From NCBI RefSeq assembly GCF_036321535.1, contig NC_087436.1:106270001-106334000 (forward strand): a DNA stretch of 64,000 nucleotides, in the 5' to 3' direction. This document shows, one piece after another, positions 49,400 to 62,654 of the stretch (position 1 is its first letter; the number at the start of each line of letters is the position of its first letter). A program made the position numbers and the translations under genes. The notes beneath the pieces were generated by a model. That model was given only the letters and a program-made list of their open reading frames with translations, made no database searches and was not told where the DNA came from. Source of the DNA: Camelus dromedarius (taxonomy: Eukaryota).

Positions 49400-52300
49400 C
49401 TGAGTTGGAGTCATGATTGCTGCTCACTTTCTGGATGACTTTGGACTTTGCATAATAAATGGGGATGACACTTACCGCTTCAGGTCGTTAAGCGATATAA
49501 CACATGAAAAGTACTGGTAAGAGGTGCGTGTTCAATCATTGTTAGCCTCCAATGCCTCCATTTCATCAAAGTAGACAATTCTATCACAGCTGTGAAAGTG
49601 CTTATAAATGTGACGTCTGAGCACCAGTGCGAAGTCCTCTTGCTTGTGTCATGCAGACATCAGTCCTGCTGAAGAGGAGAAGCACATGCTTGCTCCTTAG
49701 CATCTCTAGGAGCTTCTAGATTTACAGTCTTTCTTGCCTTTGAGGGTCTATTGGATTTGGCCCAAAGTCAGGCTTCCTTTGGAAGGCTAACTAGAGTTTA
49801 CCCCACTGTTTAAAGTGTGCTCTGTTGCTGAAAAGGGTTGTTTGTTGTTACACTCAGCTACTCAGTGAGCATCGAAAAGTGAAAATGACCAATTTCCTCC
49901 CCACAGTCTGCCAGAAGAATAAGCAAGTGAGTGATAACTAGGATGAGGAGGGAAGAGGTGGGACCACAGTGATGCTCTAGGAGCGTCCAGCCCCTTCCCT
50001 GAAAAGTCACTTCCCCACAGAAGGAACTCTTTAGCCAAATCTTGAGAGATACGTAGACTTTTTAGAATGCAGAGCAGGGTTGGGGTGAGGATTCCAGAGG
50101 AGGCCAGTGTACAGTAAGGAGGTGGAAAAAGTCAAAATCAAACTGAGAGGTGGTACATGTATTTGGGTTCTGCTGGAGAGTAGTGGGAGGCAGTAAAGCT
50201 AAGGGAAATTGAATTCTATCTGCCATACCACTGAGGGACACTAAGCAGGACGTGATCAAATGGTGAACAGGTCTTCAGAGAAGTATAGTGCTTTGGAGGT
50301 CAGAGAAGCAAGTAAACTGAAATATGACATTGGCAAGGAGAATGAGCCCACGGCAAGATGGAAAAATTTAAGCAAAGGGTGTGTGTGTATTATTTCCCTT
50401 TTTCATGGAGTCAATCTACATGACTTTCCCACGTTACTTTCTGCTGTGGAAGCCCAGGATGTGAATAGGACCAGTGAGAACCGGCTGGTCCTTGCATGGG
50501 TACCCTACAACTCTGCAGGCTCTGCTCAGACCTGAGGAGTTCTGATATAATCAATACCATTGGGGGTTTTAAGCTGGAACCTGTCACAAAAAGAGATTGA
50601 TTATATAACAATGAGTTAGACTCACACTAAATTATATCAAACTGCTAATTTAGGTAGGGCACGATCAATTTCAAACAGACTGTTGTAAATGTGAGTTTCC
50701 TTTAGGCCCACAATCCTTCATGGAGGGAACTGGTAAACATTTTAAGTCTGGGCTGGTCTTGTTCCTGTTCTGTGGATTGTTGCTTCTGTTGGTCATCTGC
50801 TTTTGTATGTTGCAGTGACCAAACCCGTTCCTTGACAGTGTCTGGTCACTGTCATTTTTGACAGCTCTCATTTGTGCCTGCCCTTCTTGCCAAGCCTGAC
50901 CAACTTCCTTTCTTACGCGACAGTTTTCTTTCTTTATTATATTAAACGCATTCTTACATGTTTGTGTCTTCCTCTTGCCTCCTTCCTTCTGGATTGCAAT
51001 TCCCTGCTCTCAAGGGACTGGGGAATGCTGGAAGGAGTGCAGACTTTGAAATCTGACACACTAGAAGTGGGAACCTGGAGGTGCTGCTTGGCATCTTTGT
51101 GACCTTGGAAAGAGTTTGCTTAAGCTCGCTCATCTTCCTTTCCTTCATCTGTAAAAATAAAATTACTAGTACCTACCTCACAGATGGTCAGGTTTAGATT
51201 GGATCTGAGGAACGTGCCTAACACTGTGCTTGCTGCAATTTTCATGCCTAGAAAATGATGGCTATAGGGCTTTATTAGTAGTACGGTTTTTCTCACTTAC
51301 CTTCTCTACCCAATCTGGGAGAATGTTTATTTCCGTCGGGAAAGTCTATTTCATTAGCGAGAAGACCGACTTCCCTACAGATCACTTCTCTCCTCAACCC
51401 CCTGGAAGACTTTCGCCCCAGGAAACAAAACAGCTCGTTTCTACAGTACTTTCTGACTGGTGTACTTTAAAGTCTTTCTGCTGAATCTTCCAGGCAGGAT
51501 CAAAAGAACTCTGGACTCCTGGAGCTTCAGAACATTTTAAATCTGCTCAGGAGCCTTTAACTGGTGACTGCCGACACACAGGGATTACATAGACAGGGGC
51601 GGGATGGGTTTAAGCCCAGAGGGAGGGAAAATGGCCAGTATGAAGAGTATTTGTCTGGAAATGAGATGACCAGGGTTCTAATCCTTAGCTTACGACTAGC
51701 TCATGGCCTGGGTATCAGAGCGGACTGGGATATTTTACCTTCAATTCACATTACCTGCAAACTTTTACTCTCAGGACAAAGTGTCAAACACAGGTGACAA
51801 TCTTTTACATTTTGAAGTCCCTTTCAGAAGGAGTAAGTGTCCAATGGATTGTTTTAAGCCCCTAGGATACCACTGAGAAAATCACTCTTCAGTAATGCTA
51901 AGTGCTGAATTTTGGGTCCTCAGGTACTGAATGACATCCTAGTCATTCAAGAAATTATTATTCCTTTGCTGTGCTGTTTAGAAAAAAAATCCATTTCCTT
52001 CCTTCTATCCTCTAAATGCTTGCTGACTTTTCAATAACCTGGAGACAACATACTTAGATACTTTTTGCTTCGTAGTCAAGATCTTAGAGTTGGGAGCTTA
52101 GTCTAAACCCTGTCTCTATCCCTGAAAAGCTGTGTGTCCTTGGGCAAGTTACTTGCTCTTTTCAAGCCTCACTTTAAACACCTGTAAAATGAGGCTGTTG
52201 ACAATAGTCCCTGGCTCACAGAGGGGATTATGAAGAGAATATATAAGGAGCTAAAACAGGCAGAACATGGCTGATTTCAAACATGCTACTGCAAATGTGG

Positions 52301-53445
52301 ATTTGTATTTTGACCATCACTCCTTCATGGAGGAAGTCGGCAAACATTCTCTGACTGGGGATCATTAGCTGTCGGTGTTTCATTCCTGCTTTGTTGGTCC
52401 AATGAACTTGCTCCTCTGTCCCCATTTGTTACCTTCTCTATATACCGCAGGGGTTAAGTCTACTGCTTTTGCAGTGACTTGGGGTCTGACATGATTCAGT
52501 GCTGAAGGAAGAAACAAGCTGGTGGAAGGCACTTGGAGAGGTAGCTGGCACAGAAGATGCAGTCTAATTATTAAATACCATTATTATTCATGTGAGCTTC
52601 TATAGAGTAGAGCTTTTCCTTAATTGCTTTTTATTGCGATGTACACAGAGTTTGCTTTTGTGTTTTGTCTTGCTTTGTTTATTTGCTTGTTTTCATAACC
52701 CTTGTTTTTTAAGGGAGGACAGAGTAGGACCAGCCTCCTTTCAGATTCTAGGATTAGGGGATGAGGCTAATCTGTCACCTAAAGGGGACACAATTAAACT
52801 TCAGCAATCATTTAGGTACCAAGAGACTCAGTAAAAGCACCCAAGGCTTCTTTGACTGTTTTGGAAGAAAAGTGCTGTGCGAATTAAATATTGTTTAATT
52901 GAAAGTGGAGGTTGTGCTTTCATTGGCTCTTCAAACGTTGAAAGACTTGGGCTGGAAGGAGCCTCCGGATTTCATTTCGAGGAGCACATAGAGGGCAGGT
53001 GCTGTGGACAGAAGGAGAAGAGCTTAAAATGGAAGGAGAAAGGCTGCAAAGGGACTTGAAGAGGTTTTGATACAAGTGGGCATAAAATTAATGGGCTAGA
53101 TCGAGCCTTTCAATCACTCTTTTTAAAATAGGAGCATGCAGCTTGTCAAAAGGTGCGATTAGCAGTCACAAAGCCAGGCATCCTCCATCTAGCTGTGGTT
53201 AAGAAGGTGGGTTTGGTGTCAAACTGACTTGAGTTCAAATTCCAACTCTGCTGTTTTCTGGGTGCAACTTGGTAAGCAAGTTATATAACCTCACGGCTCC
53301 CAGTTTCCTGATTATTTTAACCAGAGGCATATAATACGCACTTTATAGGGTTGTTATGTGGATTAAATGAAATAATGAATGCAAAGCAATGCTTAGAATA
53401 ATGCCTGGCAAACAATAAGAATGAAACATAATCGTAATCGTATTA
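49400..53445 (+). mobile_element. Dispersed MIR copies at about 49400-49545, 51020-51245, 52065-52300, 53190-53445 (intervening DNA is unique)
   Basis: e.g. gctgtgtgtccttgggcaagttactt; ttccttcatctgtaaaaat; gtggttaagaaggtggg...gagttcaaattcc. Confidence 0.8.
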
Positions 53446-53996
53446 CCTGACAGTAATCGTAATATTAACAGTAGCCCCATCAGGAGTGCTCCTGCCCTCT
53501 GCGTAAGCACACTGGCACAAATAGAACTAAGAGTGTTCTACTTTCTGTGCGACAGACACAAGGAAATATGATTGAAGCTTTCTTCCCCAAGGACTTGAAA
53601 GGAGGGGGAAGAAATCACCAAGCAGTCACTGATGCAAGAATCATTTGTTATGTTGCTCAATGCACGTTATAAAAAGAACACCACGGTAAATTCCTTCAAA
53701 GATGCAGTGCCAGGAAAACTTTTTTATTCTGTTGAACCAAGATCTTGCCTAGTACAAGACAGAGAAAACCTGCTCAATTCGAGGAGACTCTGCGCCAGCG
53801 ATTTTGCGCCCCGTGGTTGTAGCATTCCTCGGCTGGGATTTCTTGCTATGGTTTTTTTCCATTCCTGTTTCTCTAGGTCTTGGCTTTTGACCTTCATCAC
53901 ATGTTAAGTTTTCAGTCTAGTTGCTGAAACGCCCGGGGTGTAGAGGAGAGAAGGTGACAGTGGGTTACAGAAATATTTGCTCATATTTCGGCTCTG

Positions 53997-54028
<32 letters not shown>

Positions 54029-55744
54029 GGATGTTTTGAGCAACTAATTTAAGCTCCTCCGCTTCCAGTTTTCTCATTGGCCAAAGGAGGCGCTTAAAAA
54101 GGCCTTTGCAGCGTTGCTGGGGAATAAGCTCAGGTGATGTGGTTTGGCTCCCGGAGCAGGATCTGACTCACCTGTAGGCTCCTGTCACCCAGTTTTGCCT
54201 TTCACACGCTCTTTGGAGTTCTTTCCGAGGAAAGGGCATGCTCCGTAGATGGGGTCAGAGTGGAGGAGGCCCCAGGCCCCAGGGGAAAGCAGCTTCGCCT
54301 GCCCTTTGTGTGAGCACTTTCTCAGGGTCAGATGCTGCTCTCCGCTGGTTAATTTTTGTTAGTTCTAGGTTAATCAGTTGTTTGATTCGTTCAACAAATA
54401 TTTATTAAGCAGCATTGTGCTCGGCGCTGGGGGGTGACCAGGGTGGAGAAGAAGACCTAGTTCCCAATTTCATAAAATGGTCATTGTCTTATAGTCCTAT
54501 CTGCCTGCCCACGTCCCTTAATCGGCCTGGACTCTGAAGAAATGGCCTTGATTTCCAGAAAGTGAGGTGGCCCTACGCTTTGTGACTGACCTTAGGGAAT
54601 TGGGCTTGGGAAGGGCTGTGCCTCCAGGTCAACAGTAAGATTCTGGAGAGCTCTTTATGTCACATTTTAACTGGGTGGAAAACTAAATTTAAAGAAGTCT
54701 CCAGCTCATAAGGATGCTTTGATTATAGCTGCCAAACTCTCTCCGGGTGAGACCACTAGCTACTTTTATTTTATTTTAGCATTTCTGGGAGCAGTTTTAA
54801 CAACAGATGCCAATTTCTGTATCAGATGGTGATGCTTCTTCCTCTGTCCTGTTTGACTTGATTTTGACTTTGTCAGGTGGTCATGCTTTATTCCCCTCAA
54901 TTACAGGAATTGATTAAAATTGTACCTAGGTCTTCTGTGCTCTTGCCTTTCGGTTGATCGCCAGTGAGTTAGAGATGCCTGCAGAAGCCCCGCGTGTCAG
55001 TGCAGCCGATTTCACCTCTGAGATGGACCTGAGTGCGATAACTCACTTCTCCAGGGATCAGGAAAGGTTGAGCATGTTTCTCAGCGAGAACCTACTCTTC
55101 AGAGAGGCCAGCTGAGTTCTGCCTTCGATAAAACAGGAGATGCACGTTGTTCCTTATGGTTCTTGAAAGCATGTGGCTGTTTTCTTATGCATAATGTAGT
55201 AATCCTAGTAATTAGTGTAGGAGAACGATGTATCCTATGTGTAGCAGTAAGATACTGCTTACAACTATCTCTGGGGCATGAATGCTGTGGTAAAGTGAGG
55301 CAGTGTCACTGCTGCCTTAATACCTACGTGGCACATAGCATAGCGAGTGCGGCAGTTATGTAGCATAATTTACTGTTGTTAGTATTGTTATTCTGTGCAT
55401 TCAGAGTACCTGGTAAATTATCAGCAAAGAGGCTCAATTCTTTTTTATTATTATTATACTTGGAATATATATATGTTAGAAGTGAACATTAATAGTAGGG
55501 AAAAATTATGTAAGGAAGCTAATTTAAAAAAATCTTCAACAGTGTTTTGCCTTTTGAAGTGGGGATAAAACTTATTAATTGTCTTTTGGAATATATGCAA
55601 TTATTTTCCTTTAAATCATTTTTAATCTTTTCAAGAGATAGTCTGAGAACAGAAGAGTTCGTATATTTGGGAGTTCCTAAGACTCAGAGTCAGGATGATA
55701 GTGCTGAGGTCCTTTTCTTACAGCAGATTTTAGCATTCATTTGC

Positions 55745-55880
55745 TAATTCATTCATTCATTCATTCAATATTTAATTCACTAAGTATTTATTGAGGAACT
55801 ACCATGCAAGGGGTAAAGCCAGCCATGAAAAAGAAAGTAGATAAATGTTCCTATTCTTGTAGAGTTTATGTTCTTAGGTA
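55745..55880 (-). mobile_element. L2 3' end with (ATTC)n tail
   Basis: attcattcattcattcattcaa...aagtatttattgaggaactaccatgc. Confidence 0.75.
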
Positions 55881-55947
55881 AGTTACATAACTTTTTTTAC
55901 ATTCTGGTTTCTACAGTTCTATAAAGCATAAAGAATCATGTCTTCCA

Positions 55948-56467
55948 CAACCTAAGTGTCCATTGTCAGAGGAATGGATAAAGAAGATGTGATGTATATA
56001 TGTATACATATAATGGAATATTACTCAACCATAAAAAGAGTGGAATTTTGCCATTTGTAGCAACATGGATGGACCTAAAGATTATCATACTAAGTGAAGT
56101 AAGTCAGAGAAATACAAATATTATAAGATAACACGTATATGTGGAATCTAAAAAAATATACAAACAACTTATTTACAAAACAGAAACAGGCTCACAGACA
56201 TAGAAAACAAACTTATGATTACCAAAGGGGAAGATGAGGATAAATTAGGAGTTTCAGATTAACAGATACAAACTACTATATATAAAATAGATAAACAACA
56301 GGGACCTACTGTACAGCACAGGGAACTGTATTCAGTATCTTGTGATAATGTATAATAGAAAAAATCTGAGGCTGTATACCTAAAACTAACACAATATTGT
56401 GAGTCAACTATAGTTTAATAAATAAAATTTTAAGAAATAATAAAGTAGAAACAAGTTTAAAAAAGAG
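55948..56467 (+). mobile_element. 5'-truncated L1 (ORF2 end + 3'UTR, artiodactyl type) with degenerate TSD
   Basis: caacctaagtgtcca...gcaacatggatggaccta.agattatcatactaagtgaagtaagtcag...aacagatacaaactactatatataaaatagataaacaac; flanks agaatcatgtcttcca (55932) / agaatagtatcttcca (56468). Confidence 0.92.
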
Positions 56468-57344
56468 AGAATAGTATCTTCCACTTTTTTTTTTACCTGT
56501 CCCTCTTCTCTTACCCCAATTTCCTTGCATGATTGTACCCATCAAATAGGATAATATCTAAGAACACTTTAGAGCATGAGTTAAGCATGTAAATCCTACA
56601 GTGTGGCCTTGTGCCACACTTTTCTGTTCCCTTCTCCACTTGTACTTAGTTATGAAGACAAAGCCTACATTTGAAAAAATCTGTCAAGGAAGTGATGCAG
56701 TGTTGAACTGCTACAGAAACCATTAATTATTGACATGACCTCTTGTTAACCGAGGATTGAAATGTGCATTATTAAAAGAAAACTCCACCCCAAATTCTAA
56801 AGCCATTAATCTGAAAGTTTAGAAGTTATTAGATCTTGTAATGACGGGGCCATTAGAAACACTTTGATAAATACATACTTGCAGGCAACCTTTCCAACCT
56901 TGCTTTTCTGTGTAACTGTGTCTGCATCAGGAAATGTTTTTAAATGTGAGATTCGTTCCCTAGAGAGCAAGGAATTAGTATATATATTTTATATACTAAT
57001 TTAATATACATATACAAACATAAATACATAAACTTGTGGTGCACATTATTTTTATGGTTAGAACTCTGTTATATATAATATCTGTGTGTATATATATATA
57101 GAATATGTATGTATATATGTATTTATATGGACATACTGTGTATGATTTTCTCTATAAAGAGCAGTAAACACATAGATACTCTTGGGAAGATTTCTACTAA
57201 TACAAAATATATTCTAAAAACTTAAGAGAGCAAGAAAAGTTATTAATCTTCAGGACACTAAATTTTTAACAAAATTTGTCTTTCAAAGGTTTGTTTATTT
57301 GAGGATGATTTTTGCATTTATTATTCCTAACACTGTTGAACATC

Positions 57345-57780
57345 CGAGCTATTCATTCTCATTCTTTTAACAAGTATTTATAGATAAGCCACAATGTGCT
57401 AGTGTTGACCTGGGAGCTATGGACACTGTGATAAACAAAGTAAGATTCTGGGTACTCTCAGGGGTGGATAGTTGGGGAATGAGGAAATCAAAGAACAAGT
57501 GGTTGTAACTAAGAAGTGTGATGCTCTGGGACTGTATAGAAGAGACATCTCTCATGGACAAGGTAGGGGAGGTGGGAGTTAGGAAGTGCTTCCAGGAAGG
57601 AGTGCCACACTGCCACCTGAAGGAAGAGAGTTAGGTGGGCGGTGGGAGAGGAGGGAGGAGCAGCCTGGGCGGAGTGAGCACGCATTATCTGTGAAGGCTC
57701 AGAGGCAAGGATACCATGATGGGCTTAAGAGACCAGTAGCTCATGAAGCTTGCAGTGTATTTGGGAGGGCAGAACGGTAA
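57345..57780 (-). mobile_element. L2 fragment
   Basis: attcattc...aacaagtattta...aggaagtgcttccaggaagg...cctgaaggaagag. Confidence 0.7.
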
Positions 57781-58399
57781 GGAATGAGTGTTAATAATGT
57801 GAGTGTTAACAAGCAGGCAAAGCTTAGAGCCTATAGTGAAAGAAATCCTGCTACAATGAAATCACTCACTGAAGTCCTATAGGTGTGGAGGGAATTGCAC
57901 ACGCGTGCGCACGTGTGTGCGCGTGCATTTTCTGTGGCTTAACATAGACTTTCCTGAAAAGGAGGGAGGTGGACAAACTCAACGTTCTTAATATTGCTTT
58001 CCGCAAGTGATTTTGTGATTCTGTGCCTTTGGTTTGCTATTTCTGCCTGATGGGCCAGTAAGGGAGATTCCATTTTGCATCCATCAGATACTTGTGATAG
58101 AATTACCCACAAGAAATGCTATGGGACTTGAGAGTCGAAAGTAGCCTAGATACCTTGGGGTTTACTTTTACAACCAGTTCTATGTTCTTGGTAATAAAAT
58201 TACTAATGAAGTACTCCTTAACAGCCTGTAATTGCCAAGTTAGATTGGAGAATTTGAAGATAAGAATGAGAGATAATATTCTTGATGATGTTTGCTATAC
58301 ATTTTGTGCATTTCTTTTTTGATTCCCTCCTTGAACATGTTATTTATTTAACATAGAGGCTCAACAATGTCTCATTATAAATATACTCTGGAGAGGTGA

Positions 58400-60520
58400 T
58401 ACCATATGATGGAGGGACCTGGCATGCCTGAGTTTGAATTTTGCTTTTGCCGGATGCTGGAGTATGTGACCCAGGGCAAATGTGACTTTTCTCAGCCTCA
58501 GTTTCATCATCTGTGAAATGTAGATGACACTACCAACTGTTATCGTGAGACTGAAGTAATGAAATGCGATCATGGTTATCAAGTACCTAATGTAGTCCAG
58601 GTTTCTATATCCTTTCCTGCAAGAGTTGTCCCTGAAACCTGAAGGGAAATTCAGTTGCTCTGAACTTGTTGAGGAGCCGGGAAGTGTCCACTTGGTAAAT
58701 ACTGCCCACCCCTCCACTACCCTTGCAAGTAGAGCCTTACTATTACTTTTAACTGAATGTTACCTGGAGTCACATACAAATCATTTTAATTTGAGAACCT
58801 GAGTCAAAATATCATTACATTTAATTGATGAAGGATGCCATGAACCAAAGTAAGGGAAAATCTTCTTTCTATTTTTCCCCAGCTAATCTCGATTAAGTGT
58901 ATGTAAATATTTTAGACTTTTTAACTCTGCCTTAAGGCATTTCAATTAATATGGAGATGCAGCCCAGTGAACGCTTTACTTTCTAAATGTTTACTATAAA
59001 GTCTCTAATTTTCAGATTGACACAAAGGAGATCTTTAATACATAGCTTACTTCTAATAACTCTTTAGAGATTTAAAACCAAAGAGTCGGGTTGTTTCAGA
59101 ACCGGGAAAGGCCTTGAGTGGTGCCACATCAAGTCTTCTCATTTTACAGACAAGGAAACTGAGGGCCAGAGAGACCAAGTGTTACCACCCAAGGTCTCAG
59201 GGGTGGACACTTTAGTATTTCCTTGAGATTTAGTTTCAGAGCTGAGGCTGGAGTCAGGTCTTCTGATTTCTTGATCAGCTCCTTTCAAGTTAGTTTTCCA
59301 TTTTCTACCGTTTCCTCATTAAAGATTGGGTTGAGGTGTGATATATAACGTACATTTGGCATGATTCGCCTTCGTAAGAAATAGTCGCAGTAAGAGCCAT
59401 TCTATTTGTTGATTGTTGTTCATTAACTTGAAGCAAAAGTAAGACATTTAAATTTCCTCCGTTCTCTCTGTAATCCCTTGAGCTTTGTGATTGGTGTGTG
59501 ATTTTATATTTAGTTTCTTTTTTTTTTAATTTATTCTCAAATTTGAAAACACCTCTTACACAGGTGGTTGGTCAAAGTCACCATACTAACTAGATGTGCA
59601 TGTATGTCTGCTTTCTACCTGTTTAGCCAAAATATATATTTTAAAAACCCATCAGTGTCTGCTGTTCAGGAGCGATCAGTGGGAAAAGTTACAGAGTTGT
59701 ATCTAATTTTCCTGCTCTTTCCTGCTTTGTGCATAACAGCCCCCTCTGAATGTTGAATGGTGCTGGTCAGCAGGAACCAGCACAACTAGTCTCTTCCACT
59801 GACTTTCTGTCCTGGGACACCCTGTTAGGTGGTGAGCCCTCTCACCTCTCATCATCAGGGAATGAGACACCATCCCCGGCGGGAATTCTGCTGTCTAACA
59901 ACCGTTTTGCTCATCCAATCATCTCTAGAGTGAATGGAGAGTGGGTCCCCACTGAATTTAAAACAATTTCCTATTCCTTTGGTTGTCTTTGGAACTAAGA
60001 GCAGCTGGCTCCCCACCCTCAACGTATCAAAAGTTGACAGATGTAAAGGCTGTGAGTCTCTCATCTCTCAGTTCTTATGCTCCAGACTTTCACCGTAGCC
60101 CTGCATCTTTCTGTTTTAATTCCCAGGGTTTTCATTATTTCCATTTTTCTCTTCCAGCCTCTCTGCAATGTTCGTCGGTGTTACATAGCATTGCACATAG
60201 TGGCGTTTTCTGTCGTATCTTCCCGAGGGCATCAGGAGTTTCCCACTGCCTAGGCTCTCCCCATGCCCTGCCTGACAGTGGGCTGTGTGGGGGAGGAGTG
60301 GGAAGATGTAGGTTCAAGTTCTCATTCTGTTACCAACTAGCTGTGTGGCTGTAGGAAAATCATCCTAACTCTTCGAGTTTCAGCTCTCTCATCTGTAAAA
60401 TGGGAGTAAAAATCCCTGGTCTCAGCTACCTGAAGAAGTGTTGGGAGAATCTGATACTTTTACAGATAGAAAAGGCTGTTTGAAAAAAGAAGACGCCCTG
60501 GAGAGTGCTATGTGATTATT
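58400..60520. mobile_element. MIR copies: (+) 58400-58600, (-) 59085-59290, (+) 60280-60520
   Basis: cctcagtttcatcatctgtgaaatg; cattttacagacaaggaaactgagg; tctcatctgtaaaatgggag. Confidence 0.8.
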
Positions 60521-60624
60521 CACCTGGCTCTGTGTTTCTCAGCTACCTTCTTGATAAGCCATTTCTCATTTTCTAAATTTATCCTTTCTAAGTCTTTTTT
60601 AAAAGCCTCCATTTCTTTCACGGG

Positions 60625-61600
60625 ATGATTGTATTTGTTTAATCAATATTTTGTCAGATCTTCAAGGTGTCAAGGCACAAGTGAGGAGAACACGTGGTAA
60701 CACCATCTCTACTCTCGCGAGAGGACAGAATAGACATTTGAATAGACATTAGAATTGGTGATGGGGTGGGGCTGGCAGGGAGAGAGGGAGAAAGATGTTA
60801 ACTGAATAATTACAGGTGAGCATGGCGTTTAAGCTGTGCTAAGTACCCTGAAGGAGAAGTTAAAAGAGTCACGAGAAAGAGCGAAGAAGAACAATACCTC
60901 GTGGTGTGCAGAGTTCTCCGATGAGACCTGAAGTGAAGTAAGTGCGCCAGGGCAGAGGCTGGGGACAGAAATCCCTGTCCTGAAGATGTGGGGAAATATT
61001 AAACATTAGGTCCGTAATAACTTTTTATCTCGCCTTAACATTTCTAGTTTTGTCATTTCATTTTTTATTTTAAACTTTTTTGGGGGGCGGGGGTAATTAG
61101 GTTTATTTATTTTAATGAAGGTGCTGGGGATTGAACCCAGGACCTCGTGCATGCTAAGCACATGCTCTACCCCTGAGCTACGCCCTCCCCCATGTTTTGT
61201 TAATTTAGAGAGGAACCGACATATATAATTTGTATATGTATATGCATATTCCTATATGTATACATCCATTTGTGTGGCTTTACATACAAATATGTATATG
61301 TAATTTGTAAATGACTATTCGTGCATTCAAGTGGGTGCTAAGACATTTTTGCTAGTAAGAACAGGCAATCAAAAAACATAGAATAATACTGTTTTAGCCA
61401 GACAGAACAGGATGCACGGAAGTTCGGATAAAGGAAGAAGGAATATGGACAAATTTAAGGAACTTCAAAGAGAGCAGTGCGGTTGGAGAGCAGAAAATTT
61501 GAGGCACTGGTGGTGTGTGAGGAGCCATAGAGGGAGATGAGACTGGCCAGTTAAGAATCTTCTTTATTGTAAGAACACTGGAAAATCACTAATGGCTCTC
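60625..61600 (-). mobile_element. L2 fragment interrupted by a probable hAT MITE (about 61000-61392)
   Basis: L2 text before (gagacctgaagtgaag) and after (gttaagaatctctttattgtaagaacactggaaaatcact); MITE-like end aatcaaaaaa...aatactg. Confidence 0.55.
61061..61191 (-). mobile_element. tRNA-derived SINE, camelid Vic-1 type
   Basis: Reverse complement GGGGAGGGCGTAGCTCAGGGGTAGAGCATGTGCTTAGCATGCACGAGGTCCTGGGTTCAATCCCCAGCACC...AATAAACCTAATTACCCCC + A tail; Pol III A and B boxes present. Confidence 0.88.
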
Positions 61601-62186
61601 CCCTCCTCCCTCCCTTCTCCCTTCCTTTGCTGCATTTAATAAATATTTCTATGGGTCAGATATTGTTTCACATCTTTTTTATTTAGAAATTTTTGACTTA
61701 GATTTTGCGTCTCCCCATTCAAAGCTTTACATACTTTGTCCACATATAGATCAGACTTCCCTTTTATGTGTATGTGGACCCTGTTTTTCCCGCTTGCACT
61801 TCGGATAATCGTGAAGGGTGCACACAGCTCTCCCTGGCGTGCCTAGTGTGAGGAGTTGCTGCCCGGGGTGGTGGTGCCGCTGTTTTAAAAGTACCTGGCT
61901 TTGAGATGTGAGCACCCCAAAGTGAGACATTTGTTTTTGTCACATGATATCTTGCACACATTTAGTAGTGTTCTTGCAGGACCAGGGGTGACCATATGTC
62001 AAGGAAAATAAAATCGGACTAAAGGTTTTTGAGTGTTCACTACGTGCTTGGCATTGTGCTATAGGTGCTTCACATAATCTAGTTCTTTCATTTTTGAAAT
62101 GATGTGATGAAATACGACTTATTTGCAACTGAAGAAACAGAGCATATATGACTCAGAAAAAGTAAGATTTGTTTGACTTTATAGAT

Positions 62187-62410
62187 CAGAGGTTAGCAAA
62201 CTTTTTCTTAAAAGGACCAGAGAGTAAATATGTTAATTTTGCAGGCCATCCAGTTTCTGTCTCAACCACCCACCTCTGCCCTTGTAGTGTGAAAGCAGCC
62301 GTAGGTGATCTACAAGCAACTGGGCATGACTGTGGTCCAATAAAACTTTTGTTCCCTAACACAGATGGTGGGCTGGACTTGGCCCTCGGGCTGTAGCTTA
62401 CCAACTTGAG
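62187..62410 (+). mobile_element. MER58A
   Basis: cagaggttagcaaactttttct.aaaggaccagagagtaaatat...gaaagcagcc...ccaataaaactt...ttggccctcgggctgtag. Confidence 0.9.
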
Positions 62411-62434
62411 TTAAAAATAATAACAGTAAAAGAC

Positions 62435-62640
62435 TAATAACTGTCATTTATCAATTGCCAGTTCTGTGGGCCAGGTTCTTTACGTGCATTTATCCCACTG
62501 ATTCTTCGTAACTCTTCTATATGATGGGTATTTTTACGCTCACTTTATAGATGTGAAAATCAAAACTTAACCAGGATAGTAACCTATTTAAAGTTAAGGA
62601 GCTGGTCAGTGATGGCACCAGTATTTTATCCTAGGTCTTT
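62435..62640 (-). mobile_element. MIR
   Basis: cactttatagatgtgaaaat...aaggagctggtcagtgatggcacca; another MIR(-) at about 62025-62170. Confidence 0.65.
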
Positions 62641-62654
62641 TTTATTTCTAGCCT

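Noticed and set aside
61119..61191. tRNA-Ala-like gene on minus strand
   Set aside because: Followed by SINE body and A-tail with TSD; it is a SINE head, not a tRNA gene.
61983..62020. gggtgaccatatgtc resembling a hAT-Blackjack terminus
   Set aside because: Too short and no matching opposite end found.
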